Shown here: piece after piece, positions 17,645-29,592 of the stretch
How positions within the stretch are numbered: position 1 is the first letter of the stretch
Layout of the letters: each line of letters begins with the position of its first letter
Assembly: GCA_021828085.1 (NCBI GenBank)
Contig: JAKATE010000002.1
Location: 1-41,010 of the forward strand
Source: Thermoplasmata archaeon
GTDB taxonomy: Archaea; Thermoplasmatota; Thermoplasmata; Lutacidiplasmatales; UBA184
Reading direction: 5' to 3'
Length of the DNA: 41,010 nucleotides
Program-made: the position numbers and the translations under genes
Notes under the pieces: generated by a model
What the model saw: only the letters and a program-made list of their open reading frames with translations
Databases searched by the model: none
Told to the model about the DNA's origin: nothing

Positions 17645-19198
17645 TCAGACCATCGGGATGAGACGGACCTGGGGAGGGCCCTTCTCCGGGTCCTCGACGA
17701 TGGCGTAGAGCATCGTCCGGGGCCTCACCCCATAGAGGCACGGGGTGTTGTCGATGCTCACCAGCCGGAAGTACGTCTCCATCATGTTCACGATCTCCGC
17801 CGTGGAGGAGAGGCCCGGCTTGAGCAGCCCCAACCCCACGTCCCCCATGAGATTGGTCCTCTCCACCCCCATGAAGAGCGTCCGGATGGCGAGCTGGTCC
17901 CCCTGGAGGTACTCCAGGGTGTCGAAGCCCGTGTACTCCAGGTACGGCTGGGGGTCCTCCTCCCCCCGGACGGCGCGCTCGGCGCTCTGGAGGGCGCGCT
18001 GGGCGTCCTCCCGGCCGGCGCGGAGCATGGGGAGGATGTACGGGGCCTTGGGCTCGGCAGCGAAGTAATCCGTGATCCGGACCCGGTCGTCGAAAATCCG
18101 TGCCGGCACGTAGCGGATGAGCTGCTCTCGCAGCGATTCCGGGGCCTCGCCGCCGGAAAGGACCCCCAGGATCCCCCGCCCCTGGGCGAGGAAGTTCAGG
18201 AAGACCGGGGCGAAGAGGCGGTAGTAGTCCTCGATGGAGACGTTCACGTCGAGCTCGAAGCCGTTGTACGAGCCGCGCCGGAAGCCTCCCCCCAGCAGCG
18301 CATCGAAGTCCGGTATCCCCGTGGAGAAGTGCGTCGGGCTGTCACGGAGCGGCGTCCACGGCCGCGAGGGGGGCGCCAGGGCATCCCGTCGGGCCAGGGC
18401 CCCGAGGCCCAGCGCCCGGAAGCGACCGCCGGCGAGCGTGAGGGCGTAGCGGGGGCGGGGGATCGCCGTGGCCCGGAGCTTCTCCAGGCGCAGGTGGCGG
18501 ATCCGCCGCTCGTCGACCTCCTCCCGCGAGAGCGAGACCAGGCCGTCCACCAGGTACTCGATCCCGCCGGCCTCGGGCTTCTCCAGCACCATGACCACGT
18601 TCGTGTTGGAGTTCTCCGCCAGGTCCTTCTGCAGGGCCATGACCAGCTCCTCCATCTCGAGTCCGTACTTGTGCGTCACCCCCTCGAGGGAGTCGACGAC
18701 GAGGAGCGCCTTCTCGGGAAGGACGCGCTCGATGCGCTCGTACATGTGCTCGAGCTCGGGCATCCTCGAGCGCTGCAGCAGCGAGCCCAGCTGCGTCCGG
18801 TCCACGTGCCGGGGGCGGGTGCTCTCCTCCCCCAGGCTCCGGAGCAGGCTCCGCGCCTGGGCGACCTTCTCGCGCGCCTGGGGCGAGGCGGGGGGCGTGC
18901 CCTCGCGCTCCCCCTGGGCGAGGGACTCGAGGAAGATCTTCCCGGCGTCGTAGAGCCGGTTGCGCGACTCCACGGTCTTGAGCCAGGGGAACTGCCGTAG
19001 GAGCGCGTCGTCGGAGACCCGGGTGGAGAGGTAGAAGCTCCGCTCCTCCATCCCGAGCTTCTCGAGGATCTCGAGGCCGAGGGTGGTCTTGCCGGTCCCC
19101 GCCCCTCCCTTGATGATGACGCTCCGCCCCCCCGGTTGACCGAGGAAGCTCACCAGCTCGGGAGGGATCCCTGAGCCCTCCGATGTGGCCAGAACCAT
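17645..19198 (-). CDS. KaiC/RAD55-like two-domain ATPase (GvpD-like)
   Basis: GGAGTGKT, LVVDS, EYLVDGLV and LEKLRA in domain 1. Domain 2 begins STGIPDFDALLGGG but has no Walker A motif. Confidence 0.8.
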   Translation of the reverse strand: MVLATSEGSGIPPELVSFLGQPGGRSVIIKGGAGTGKTTLGLEILEKLGMEERSFYLSTRVSDDALLRQFPWLKTVESRNRLYDAGKIFLESLAQGEREGTPPASPQAREKVAQARSLLRSLGEESTRPRHVDRTQLGSLLQRSRMPELEHMYERIERVLPEKALLVVDSLEGVTHKYGLEMEELVMALQKDLAENSNTNVVMVLEKPEAGGIEYLVDGLVSLSREEVDERRIRHLRLEKLRATAIPRPRYALTLAGGRFRALGLGALARRDALAPPSRPWTPLRDSPTHFSTGIPDFDALLGGGFRRGSYNGFELDVNVSIEDYYRLFAPVFLNFLAQGRGILGVLSGGEAPESLREQLIRYVPARIFDDRVRITDYFAAEPKAPYILPMLRAGREDAQRALQSAERAVRGEEDPQPYLEYTGFDTLEYLQGDQLAIRTLFMGVERTNLMGDVGLGLLKPGLSSTAEIVNMMETYFRLVSIDNTPCLYGVRPRTMLYAIVEDPEKGPPQVRLIPMV

Positions 19199-19280
19199 CC
19201 GCGTCCGCGCTCCCGATGCTCTCCGAGGAAAGCAGGCGAAACCCGGCTTATATAATGACCGGAAAGTCGGTCCTTCCGCC

Positions 19281-21878
19281 TCAGCGCGTCGCCCGCGCTC
19301 GCTCTTCGAGGAGATCGCGGGCGGAGCTCAGCGCGTCCCGGAGCGCCTTTCCCGAGGGGCCCGAGCCGGTCGCCGCGCTCTCGCTCCCCCCTCCCTTCCC
19401 GCCCCACGCGGGAAGGACGGCGGCCAGCAGTTCCCGCGCGGGAAAGCGGTCCGGCGCGGAGGAGGCGATGAAGAGCCGCCCCGGGGCGCCCTCGGACTCC
19501 GCAGAGAGGATCGCCACCGTGTCGGGGGTGCGGGTGAGCTCCCGCGCGAGCTCCTGGAGCCGGGCGGCGTCGAGGGAGGTCTCTCCGCTGATGAGATGGA
19601 GCCCGCCGGGAGGACCCTCCAGGTCCCGGGCCCCCTCGCGCCGCAGGCGCTGGGCGATCTCGCGAACGTCCGCCCGGTCGCCGGCCCGGGCCCCCTTCTC
19701 GAGCGCGTGGAGGCGCTCCTTGAGCCGCTCCACCGCGGGGGGGATGCCCTCCACGGGGGCAGCGAGCAGACGGGAGGTCTCCTCGAGCACGCGGCCCTGC
19801 TCCTGCATGACCGTGAGGGAGCGCTCCCCGGAGACGAAGTTGAGCCGCACCATCCCGTCCTGGATCCGCTCGGAACCCAGGATCTTCACGAACCCCACCT
19901 CGCTCGTGTGGGTGCAGTGCGTCCCCCCGCAGGCCTCCACGTCGAAGCCGTCGATGTCCACGATGCGAAGCTCGCGGCCGGGAACCGCCCCGCCCTGGTA
20001 GAGGCCGAACCCCCAGCGCTCCTCGGCCCGGTTGCGCGCCTCGAAGAAGCTCAGGACGGGCCGGTCCTCCGCGACGAGCCGGTTGACCAACCGCTCGACG
20101 CGGGAGAGCTCCTCCGGCGAGAGCGAGGACCAGTGGGTGACGTCGAGCCGGGCCCCTTCGACCCCCTTGTACGCCCCGGCCTGCCAGACGTGCGGTCCGA
20201 GGATCTTGCGCAGCGCCCCGTTGATCAGATGCGTCGCCGTGTGGTGCTGCATCAGCTGGCGGCGCCGGGGACCGTCGACCCGGCCTTCCACGATGTCGCC
20301 GATGCCGAAGGGTGCGGGGGAGGTCAGGCGATGGAGGACGTGGGGACCGACGCGCGTCACCTCGGGAACGGCGATCCCCGCGATCTCCCCCCGGTCGGTG
20401 ACCTGGCCGCCCCCCGTCGGATAGAAGTACGTCCGGTCCAGCACGACCCAGGGGCCCTCGCTGAAGACCACCCGGGCGCTGAAGCGCAGCCGGTACGGGT
20501 CGAGCGGGTAGAGGACCTCGGTGGCCGGGATGCTGGAGGGGACCTTGGGAGCCTCCGCCCCTCCCTCCTCCCCGGTCGCGCCCCCTTCCGCGGGGATCGC
20601 TCGCTCATGGAGAGCGCTCACCCGGGAGAGGAAGTCCGCCGGGACCTCGAGCGGGGTCCCCAGCTCCTCCTGCACCATGTCCGGCGGGATGCCGAAGCTG
20701 TCGTAGAGGCCGATGAGGTCCTCGAGGCCGAGGCTCCGACCCTCCGAGCCCCGGCGGGAGGCCAGCCGGCGCACCTGCTGGCGTCCGCGTCCGAGCGCCT
20801 CCTCGAACCGCCGCTCCTCGAGCTCCAGGATCGTCTGGAGGCCCGCGACGTCCCCTTCCACCTCCGGGAAGCTCACGCGAAGCTCCCGGACGAGGACCTG
20901 GAAGAGCGAGGGGAGGGAGAGCTCCCCCGGATGGCGGCGGAGGACGCGGAGCATCCGGCGCAGGAGCATGCGCGCGAGGTACCCCTCGCGCACGTTCGAG
21001 GGGACCACCCCGTCGGTGAAGAGGAACAGGAAGTTCTTGCCGTGGTCGAGGAGGATGGCGCGCTCGGGGTCGGAGAAGGCCCCCGGGAGCTCGGCGATCA
21101 TGCGCGGGAAGATCGCCTCGTAGATCGTCGGCGTCCCCTTCGACATCCAGACGCCCCGCTCGAGCCCGTAGCCGGTGTCGACCACGGTCATGGGCATCCG
21201 CCGCCAGTCCCCCTCGCGCCCCTCGTACTCCATGAAGACGAGCGTCGCCACCTCGAGCCCGCGGATCCCCACCGAGAGGGACGGGCCCCGGTTGCCGCCC
21301 CCCTCCCAGGCCTCCTCCTTGTAGGTGATCTCCCCGTCGGGGACCCCCAGGTCCTCGTGGTAGAACTCCTGGCAGAGCTCCACGGTCCGGTCCTTGAAGT
21401 AGACCGGCTGGTCGGGGAGATTGAAGGCGTGGTGGGCCATCATCTCGAAGAAGGTCAGGTGCCGCCCGGTGACGCCCACGTTGTCGATGTCCACCATCCG
21501 CAGGCACGGCTGCGAGATGGTCAGCGGGTTCGCCGGGGGCGGGATCGCCCCCGAGGTGACCCACGGCTGGAAGTCGTAGATGGAGGCCTGCACCAGCAGC
21601 ACGTCGTTGCGCCAGCGCGGCACCACCGGGTAGCGCCTCAGCCGCTTGTGCCCGCGCTTCTCGAAGAAGCCAAGGAAGTGCTCCCGGAACTCGTCGAGCT
21701 CGAAGGGGCGGCGGAAAGGGGAGCTCCCCTGGAAGGAGTACGGCGTGCACGGCGTCTCGCCGCAGCGGGTGCGGTCCCCCCGGGACCAGAACGCCTCCCC
21801 GCAGGAGCTGCAGACCCGCCGCCTAAAGCCGAGCCGGGCCGGGAAGGCCTCCTCGTATTCGCGCGGGTCGAGCGTCAT
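19281..21878 (-). CDS. alaS: Alanine--tRNA ligase
   Basis: ASIYDFQP, QPCLR, FEMMAHH, DTGYGLER, editing motifs HHTATH and CGGTH, and a C-Ala GKGGGS motif. Confidence 0.97.
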   Translation of the reverse strand: MTLDPREYEEAFPARLGFRRRVCSSCGEAFWSRGDRTRCGETPCTPYSFQGSSPFRRPFELDEFREHFLGFFEKRGHKRLRRYPVVPRWRNDVLLVQASIYDFQPWVTSGAIPPPANPLTISQPCLRMVDIDNVGVTGRHLTFFEMMAHHAFNLPDQPVYFKDRTVELCQEFYHEDLGVPDGEITYKEEAWEGGGNRGPSLSVGIRGLEVATLVFMEYEGREGDWRRMPMTVVDTGYGLERGVWMSKGTPTIYEAIFPRMIAELPGAFSDPERAILLDHGKNFLFLFTDGVVPSNVREGYLARMLLRRMLRVLRRHPGELSLPSLFQVLVRELRVSFPEVEGDVAGLQTILELEERRFEEALGRGRQQVRRLASRRGSEGRSLGLEDLIGLYDSFGIPPDMVQEELGTPLEVPADFLSRVSALHERAIPAEGGATGEEGGAEAPKVPSSIPATEVLYPLDPYRLRFSARVVFSEGPWVVLDRTYFYPTGGGQVTDRGEIAGIAVPEVTRVGPHVLHRLTSPAPFGIGDIVEGRVDGPRRRQLMQHHTATHLINGALRKILGPHVWQAGAYKGVEGARLDVTHWSSLSPEELSRVERLVNRLVAEDRPVLSFFEARNRAEERWGFGLYQGGAVPGRELRIVDIDGFDVEACGGTHCTHTSEVGFVKILGSERIQDGMVRLNFVSGERSLTVMQEQGRVLEETSRLLAAPVEGIPPAVERLKERLHALEKGARAGDRADVREIAQRLRREGARDLEGPPGGLHLISGETSLDAARLQELARELTRTPDTVAILSAESEGAPGRLFIASSAPDRFPARELLAAVLPAWGGKGGGSESAATGSGPSGKALRDALSSARDLLEERARATR

Positions 21879-21906
21879 GGGGCCGAGGGGCTACCCTCCC
21901 AGCGAG

Positions 21907-22665
21907 TTAAGCGTTCGCGCCCGGCGAGGCGGGCCGCTCCGGGGCCCGACGGCCCCCGGTCTCACAGAGGTCGACCACCGGGCATTCCCCGCACCGGGGG
22001 CGACGCGGCTGGCAGATGTTCTGCCCGTGCTGGACGAGGAGCGGGTTGAGCGGCACCCAGAGCTCCCGGGGGACGATCCTCTCCAGGGCGGCCTCGGTCT
22101 CCCCGGGGGTCTCGGTGCGCACCGCCCCCAGGCGGTTGGCCAGGCGGTGCACGTGGGTATCGACCGGGATCGCCGGGATGCCGAAGCCGAAGACCAGCGT
22201 GCAATTGGCGGTCTTCGGGCCGACGCGGGGGAGGGCGAGGAGCGCCTCCCGCTCCCGCGGCACCTCCCCCGCGTGCCGCCGGACCAGGATCCGGGAGAGC
22301 TCCCGGAGGTCGCGGGCCTTGCTGGCGTAGAAGCCGATGGGGCGGAGGATCCGGCGCAGGCGGGGGAGCGGGGCCCTGGCCAGCCGAGCCGGGTCCGGGT
22401 ACTCGGAGAAGAGGGCTTCGGCCACGCGGTCCGTGGTCTCGTCGCGGGTGCGCTGGGAGAGGACGGTCGCCACCAGCACCTGGAAGGGCTCCTCGGCGTG
22501 GGCGTGGAGGTACGGGACCCTCCAGATCCCCACGCGGTAGAACTCCGCCAGCCGACGGAAGAGCTCGGCCCAAGGGATCGCCCGGGGAGGGTCCTGGGGG
22601 GGCCGGGGGCCCTTCCCTCCCCGGCTCCGGGGCGCAGCGCCTCTCCTCCTCCGGGGCGGGCTCAA
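21907..22665 (-). CDS. nth: Endonuclease III (HhH-GPD, 4Fe-4S)
   Basis: LSQRTRD, LPRVGPKTA, PVDTHVHR and C-x6-C-x2-C-x5-C. Start placed at the TTG overlapping the folC stop (TTGA). Confidence 0.92.
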   Translation of the reverse strand: MSPPRRRRGAAPRSRGGKGPRPPQDPPRAIPWAELFRRLAEFYRVGIWRVPYLHAHAEEPFQVLVATVLSQRTRDETTDRVAEALFSEYPDPARLARAPLPRLRRILRPIGFYASKARDLRELSRILVRRHAGEVPREREALLALPRVGPKTANCTLVFGFGIPAIPVDTHVHRLANRLGAVRTETPGETEAALERIVPRELWVPLNPLLVQHGQNICQPRRPRCGECPVVDLCETGGRRAPERPASPGANA

Positions 22666-24074
22666 GGGACCCTCCGCCGGGAACGGGGCCGGGGGGAGGA
22701 GATCGGGTCGGTGAGGTCGGGGCCCTCGTGGGGCACGCCCCGCACGACCTCGAGGACGGCCCCGGCGAGATAGACGCCGCCCGCGGCGAGGAGGAGCCCC
22801 CGCGGCCCCACGAGGCCGCGCCCCCAACGGACCGCCTCGGCGACGGAGGGGAGCGCGAAGACCCGGGGGAAATGCGCTCGGGCCTCGCGGCGAAGCAGCT
22901 CGGGATCGGCCGCCCGCTCGGAGGCGAGGGGGAAGACCGCCACGGTCTCCGCCACGGGCCGGAGGGCTGCCAGGTTCTCCCCCACCCGCTTGTCGCTCAG
23001 GGAGGAATAGAGCAGGACCGAGGAGGCGGCCTCCCGGTCCGGATGCAGCTCCCGGAGCGACGCGGCGACCTCCTTCGCGCTCTCGGGGGTGTGCGTGGCG
23101 TCGAGGTAGAAGAGCGGCGCGGAGGAGAGCCGCTCCAGCCGCCCCGGCCAGCGCACAGCTCCGAACCCCTCCTGATAGGCGCGCTCGGGAAGGGTGCGGC
23201 CGGTGACCTTCTGGAAGAGATCGAGGGCGGCCACCGCCACCGCCGCGTTCCTCGCCTGGAAGGTGCCGAGGAGGGGGAGCGAGAGCCCCCGGTGCGTCGC
23301 CTCGGGGGTCACGACATCGAGCGTCTGGCCTTCGAGGGCGCTCTCCCGGTGCTCGACCCGGACCTCCTTCCCCAGGACCCAGAGCGGGACCCCCAGCTTC
23401 GCCGCCTGGCGGCGCACCTCCTCCAATCCCTCCCCCTCCGTGACCCCCGTGACCGCCCAGGCGTCGCGGTGGAAGATCCCGGACTTCTCCCGGGCGATCT
23501 CCCGGAGGGTGGAGCCGAGGAGCTCGGTGTGCTCGAGCTCGAGGCTCGTGATCACGGTCACGGGCGCCTGAAGCACGTTCGTCGCGTCGAGCCTCCCGCC
23601 GATGCCCACCTCGATGGCCGCGGAGTCGGCGTGCCGGCGGGCGAAGTGGTCGAAGGCCCAGGCGGTCGTGACCTCGAAGTAGGTGGCCTCACGGAAGAGT
23701 TCCGATCCACGTTCCAGGGCGTCCATCGCCCGGCGGACGCGCGCGATCCCGCGCACCACCTCCGCCGGCGTCGCCGGCCTCCCGTCCACCTGGGCCCGTT
23801 CCCGGTAGCTGAGGAGATGCGGGGAGGTGTAGAGCCCGGTCCTCCTCCCCGCCGCCTGGAAGACCGAGGCGATGAGGGCGGAGACCGAGCCCTTCCCCTT
23901 GCTGCCGGTGACGTGGACGCTGGAGAAGCTCCGGTGCGGGTCCCCCAGCTCGCGGAGGAGGAGCGCGGTGAGCTCCGGCCCGGGCCGGGTCCCGAGGCGC
24001 TTGAGGCCCCAGAGGTAACGAAGCGTCGAGGCGTACTCGGGGGAGGGCCCGGGACGTCGGGGGGGCTCGGGCAC
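22662..24074 (-). CDS. folC: Folylpolyglutamate synthase / dihydrofolate synthase
   Basis: HVTGSKGKGS, YTSPHL, EVGIGGRLDATN and WPGRLE. Confidence 0.93.
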   Translation of the reverse strand: MPEPPRRPGPSPEYASTLRYLWGLKRLGTRPGPELTALLLRELGDPHRSFSSVHVTGSKGKGSVSALIASVFQAAGRRTGLYTSPHLLSYRERAQVDGRPATPAEVVRGIARVRRAMDALERGSELFREATYFEVTTAWAFDHFARRHADSAAIEVGIGGRLDATNVLQAPVTVITSLELEHTELLGSTLREIAREKSGIFHRDAWAVTGVTEGEGLEEVRRQAAKLGVPLWVLGKEVRVEHRESALEGQTLDVVTPEATHRGLSLPLLGTFQARNAAVAVAALDLFQKVTGRTLPERAYQEGFGAVRWPGRLERLSSAPLFYLDATHTPESAKEVAASLRELHPDREAASSVLLYSSLSDKRVGENLAALRPVAETVAVFPLASERAADPELLRREARAHFPRVFALPSVAEAVRWGRGLVGPRGLLLAAGGVYLAGAVLEVVRGVPHEGPDLTDPISSPRPRSRRRVP

Positions 24075-24086
24075 GTTCGGACCGTC

Positions 24087-25814
<1,728 letters not shown>

Positions 25815-25910
25815 GGGAACGCTGAGCGACAGGCACCTATAGAACCTCTCCCGGGGGCGGGCGGGGTTCCCGCTCCTCCTGCGACAGCAACCTCGGAAGC
25901 GCCCGACCGC

Positions 25911-26636
25911 TCAGGGTCCTGAGGGCCCCGGCGCGGGGCCCCGCGGCGCAGGCTTCGGGACGAGCTTCGCTCGCGTGATCGCCCAGCGGTGCGAGGCGCC
26001 CCGGGACTCCCGCCGGCTCTCCTCCACCTCGATCCTCTCTCGGAACGCTGGCGCGTCGGTCACGAAGGTCTCGTACTCCCCCCCCTCCCCGGCAACGTGG
26101 AAGGGGGTGGGGCCCTTTGCCCGGCGTTCGAACTCCTCGAGCAGGGGGAGGTCCAGGGTGTGTCCCGCGAGTTCGGCTTCGAGCGGCTCGCTGGCCACCT
26201 GAACGATCCGGATCTCGAGACCGCTCTGGATCTCCTCGCGCACGGCGCGGGCACCGTCCATCCGCCAGAGCGGGGCGAAGACCTCGAGCCCGAGCTCCTC
26301 TCCCACCCGCTGCAGGCGCGACCACTGGTAGGAAGAGCCGATGGCCCCCACCGTGACCCCGTCGAGACCCCTCGACCGCAGTGGGGCGAGGGCGCCCCGG
26401 AGCCCCTCGAGCTCCGCCTCCGGCCCCCGGCCCGCCACCGACACCGCGCGATGCGGTTTCCTCCATGCCTGTGCCTGGAGAGCGACCCAGGCGAGGTTGG
26501 GAGTGTGGAAGAGCCAGGCGTCCTCCTCCTGCGGTACCAGCGTCAGCGCCTCTTCGATGGTGAACCCGGTCGATTCGAGCAGGAGGGCGGCATGGAGGGA
26601 GTCCTTCCCTCCGGAGAGCAGGGCCGAGAGCCTCAC
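25911..26636 (-). CDS. Diphthine--ammonia ligase (Dph6) family ATP pyrophosphatase
   Basis: LLSGGKDS, APLW and GEGGEYETFV. The GTG start overlaps the purL stop (GTGA). Confidence 0.88.
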   Translation of the reverse strand: MRLSALLSGGKDSLHAALLLESTGFTIEEALTLVPQEEDAWLFHTPNLAWVALQAQAWRKPHRAVSVAGRGPEAELEGLRGALAPLRSRGLDGVTVGAIGSSYQWSRLQRVGEELGLEVFAPLWRMDGARAVREEIQSGLEIRIVQVASEPLEAELAGHTLDLPLLEEFERRAKGPTPFHVAGEGGEYETFVTDAPAFRERIEVEESRRESRGASHRWAITRAKLVPKPAPRGPAPGPSGP

Positions 26637-28984
26637 GGTCGGGCCGCGGGGAGAGGGCGCGGGTAGAAGCCCGCCTGCCAGCGGGGATAGAGACGCTCGA
26701 GGTCGAGCTCGGCCAGGCGGCGATCCCCCTCGGTCCAAAGCCCTCCCGCCTCCTCGACCCGCCCGATCCGGCGGAAGGGGAGCCCGCGGAGGACCCCGCG
26801 TAGCGCCTCCTCGTGGTCGGGGCGGACCTCCACCACCCATCGCGGACCCCCTTCCGCGAAGAGCTTCACCCAGCTCGGGATCCCTTCGCCACTGACCTGC
26901 TCCAGGTCGACGGAGAAGCCGAGCTTCCCCCCGAACGCCATCTCCACCAGCGTCTGGGAGAGCCCTCCCTCGGAGACGTCGTGCACCGCTTCGACGAGCC
27001 GCTCCTCGGAGGCTCGGAGGAGCCCCTCTCCGCAAGCCGGGAACGTCGCCCCGGGGAAGGCCGCGAAGCCTCCCCCCGGTCCGCCGAACCTCCTCTGGTA
27101 GCTCGAGCCGGTGAGCCCCCGCACCTCCGGCCCGAGGAGATAGAGGGCGTTCCCCGAACTCTTGAGGTCGCTACTCATCATCCGGGAGATGTCGGGAACC
27201 ACCCCTACCGTCAGGACGACGGGGGTGGGGGGGATGCTCGCACCGAGCCCTCCGTTGTAGAAGCTCACGTTCCCGGAGGGGACGCTGATCCCGAGAGAGG
27301 CACACGCACGGGCGATCCCCGCCACCCCCCGGTCGAAGTCCCCCAGGACCGTGGGGTCGTTGGGATTGCCGAAATTGAGGCAGTCCGTCAGCGAGTCCGG
27401 ACGGGCCCCCACGGCGTAGAGATTGGCGGCCGCCTCCTCCACGGAGGCGGAGCCGCCCCGCTCGGCGTCATAGGCACAGAGGAATGGCTGGCTCCCCACG
27501 GCCAGGGCGATCCCGAGGGCCTTGTTCGCGGAGACCTGGAGCACGGCCGCGTCGGCGTGGGTGGGGTGGTCCGGTCGGCCGGTGAGGGGCTTCCCTACGG
27601 TCCGCCCCTGGACCTCGTGGTCGTAGAGGCGCACGACGCCTTCCCGGCTCCAGCCGTTCTCGCTCAGGAGGAGCTCTTCGAGCGTCGCAGAGAGGTCGGA
27701 GGGAGCCGGCGGGAGGGGGTCCGGCGCACGGGGGGACGGGGGGGCCATGTCGAGCCGGGGAGGGGGGGGCTCCAGCCGGAAGGAGAGCGGGAGGTCGCCG
27801 AGCCTCTTGCCGCGGTAGAAGATCCGTTCCCGGTCCCCCTCGGTGACGGTCCCCACCACCGCCAGGGGGACCTCCCATCGCTTGAAGATGGCGCGAAGCC
27901 GAGGGAGGTTCGGAGGTTCCACGGCGAGGATCATCCTCTCCTGGCTCTCGGAGACCCAGATCTCCCAGGGCGCGAGCCCCGTCTCCCGGAGCGGCACACG
28001 CTCCAGATGGATCTCGGAGCCGAAGCCCCCGGCGTGCACGAGCTCCCCGGAAGCGCTGGAGAGCCCCCCTCCCCCGAGGTCCTTCATCCCGGCGATGAGC
28101 TTCTCGTCGGCCGCCTCGAGGCAGGCGTGGATGAGCGGTTCCTTCAGGATGGGGTTTCCCAACTGGACGGCCCCGCGCGACTCTTCCTCGCTCTTCGAGG
28201 AAAGCTCACGCGAGGCGAAGGCGACCCCGCCGATGCCATCGCGCCCGGTCAGGCCCCCGACGAGGACCAGATGCTGCCCCGCCCGGGACGCCCGGTTGGG
28301 CAGGAGACGGGAGCGCGGGAGGAGGCCGACGCAGGCGACGTTCACCAGCGGGTTCACGCGGTAGGCGCTGTCGAAGGTGAGGCTGCCCGCCACCGTGGGG
28401 ACCCCTACGCGGTTGCCGTAGTCGCGGATGCCCGCGACGACGTTCTGGAAGAGGTAGCGCGAGGGCTTGATGCCCGGGAGGGGCCGGGCCCGCCCGGGAT
28501 CGAGCGGGCCGAAGAAGAGCGGGTCGGCGAGGGCCACCGGCTTCCCTCCCATGGCGAGGACGTCACGCAGGATCCCCCCGATCCCGGTGGCGGCCCCCCC
28601 GTACGGTTCGATGGCGCTGGGGTGGTTGTGCGACTCGATCCTAAGGGCGTAGGCCCACTCCTCGTCGAGCGCGACGACCCCGGCATCGCCGCGGGCGAGC
28701 ACCCGGGGAGGGACCGGGAGGGGGCCGAAGTGACGGCTCAGGATCGGGCGCGACGACTTGTAGGAGCAGTGCTCGCTCCAGGACTGGGCGATCCCCGCGA
28801 GCTCGAGATCGCTGGGATCTCGCCCCTCGGCCCGGAAGTGTTCGGAGAGGGCCGCGAGCTCCTCGCCCGAGAATCCCAGGGAGCGCTCCTGGCTGAAGCG
28901 CGAGAGCTCCTCGGGGGAGAGGGAGCGGAAGCCCCCCGGCCGGGTCCGGCGGGTGCGGGGGACGGTGCTAGCGCCCCGAGCCAT
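26633..28984 (-). CDS. purL: Phosphoribosylformylglycinamidine synthase subunit PurL
   Basis: WSEHCSYKSS, ESHNHPS, DLGGGGL, SESQERM, DCLNFGNP, GNVSFYN and HDVSEGG. Confidence 0.97.
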   Translation of the reverse strand: MARGASTVPRTRRTRPGGFRSLSPEELSRFSQERSLGFSGEELAALSEHFRAEGRDPSDLELAGIAQSWSEHCSYKSSRPILSRHFGPLPVPPRVLARGDAGVVALDEEWAYALRIESHNHPSAIEPYGGAATGIGGILRDVLAMGGKPVALADPLFFGPLDPGRARPLPGIKPSRYLFQNVVAGIRDYGNRVGVPTVAGSLTFDSAYRVNPLVNVACVGLLPRSRLLPNRASRAGQHLVLVGGLTGRDGIGGVAFASRELSSKSEEESRGAVQLGNPILKEPLIHACLEAADEKLIAGMKDLGGGGLSSASGELVHAGGFGSEIHLERVPLRETGLAPWEIWVSESQERMILAVEPPNLPRLRAIFKRWEVPLAVVGTVTEGDRERIFYRGKRLGDLPLSFRLEPPPPRLDMAPPSPRAPDPLPPAPSDLSATLEELLLSENGWSREGVVRLYDHEVQGRTVGKPLTGRPDHPTHADAAVLQVSANKALGIALAVGSQPFLCAYDAERGGSASVEEAAANLYAVGARPDSLTDCLNFGNPNDPTVLGDFDRGVAGIARACASLGISVPSGNVSFYNGGLGASIPPTPVVLTVGVVPDISRMMSSDLKSSGNALYLLGPEVRGLTGSSYQRRFGGPGGGFAAFPGATFPACGEGLLRASEERLVEAVHDVSEGGLSQTLVEMAFGGKLGFSVDLEQVSGEGIPSWVKLFAEGGPRWVVEVRPDHEEALRGVLRGLPFRRIGRVEEAGGLWTEGDRRLAELDLERLYPRWQAGFYPRPLPAARP

Positions 28985-29264
28985 GCGCGCGCGGCCCCTT
29001 CCGCGGGCTTCCGATCGTCACCTGGTGGATCACGGGGTTCGCGAGGAGCTGCTCCACGGCCCGCTCGGCCTGCCGCCGGGCCTCCTGGGGAGTGAGGCCG
29101 GAATAGCGCAGGGTGTACCCCTTGGAGATCCCCACGCCCACGAGCCCACGGACCTTAAGGAGCCGGAGCGCCTTGAGCACCTCTCCGGCCTCGGCGTCGA
29201 CGACCCCCGGCTTCAACCTCACTCGGACCTCAAGGGAGAGGACGGGGGCTTCGCTTCGGACCAA
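28968..29264 (-). CDS. purS: FGAM synthase subunit PurS
   Basis: VRLKPGVVDAEA and LLANPVI. TTG start at 29264 with a GGAGG SD and TTTTAAA at 29298-29304. Confidence 0.9.
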   Translation of the reverse strand: MVRSEAPVLSLEVRVRLKPGVVDAEAGEVLKALRLLKVRGLVGVGISKGYTLRYSGLTPQEARRQAERAVEQLLANPVIHQVTIGSPRKGPRAHGSGR

Positions 29265-29297
29265 GGGCCTCCTGGGGGCGTCGGCACGAGGGAGGGG

Positions 29298-29339
29298 TTT
29301 AAAAGGGCGGAGCACGGAGATTTGGCAAAAGATTTAATA
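29298..29339. promoter_or_regulatory. Divergent promoter pair: TTTTAAA (minus, purS-purL) and TTTAATA with AAAAG BRE-like element (plus)
   Basis: AT-rich island between divergent genes. Confidence 0.65.
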
Positions 29340-29382
29340 GTGACCCTGGTTGGCTCGCCCGCCTCCGGGGGGGTCCCTGACG

Positions 29383-29556
29383 GTGGAAGAACTCATTCTG
29401 AGCGTCGAATTCCTGCGTTCCCGGGAGAAGGTCACGGCCCGGGTGGTCAGCGAGGCCGGCGGGGTCCGGGAGTACAGCTCCTCCCGCTCGGCGGACGTGA
29501 TCGAGCAGGTCGTCGACGATCTCCGGGAAGAGTTCGAGTCCGCGCCGCCGAGCTAG
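29383..29556 (+). CDS. Small acidic hypothetical protein (start GTG 29383 or TTG 29350)
   Basis: EELILSVEFLRS...VIEQVVDDLREEFES with typical codon usage, downstream of a TATA box. Confidence 0.7.
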   Translation: MEELILSVEFLRSREKVTARVVSEAGGVREYSSSRSADVIEQVVDDLREEFESAPPS

Positions 29557-29592
29557 GCCGTACCCGGGACGACCGGCCAAGATCGAAGTGCC

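Noticed and set aside
26633-29264. purS-purL without an adjacent purQ
   Set aside because: Dispersed pur genes are common in archaea, and purQ may lie outside the window.
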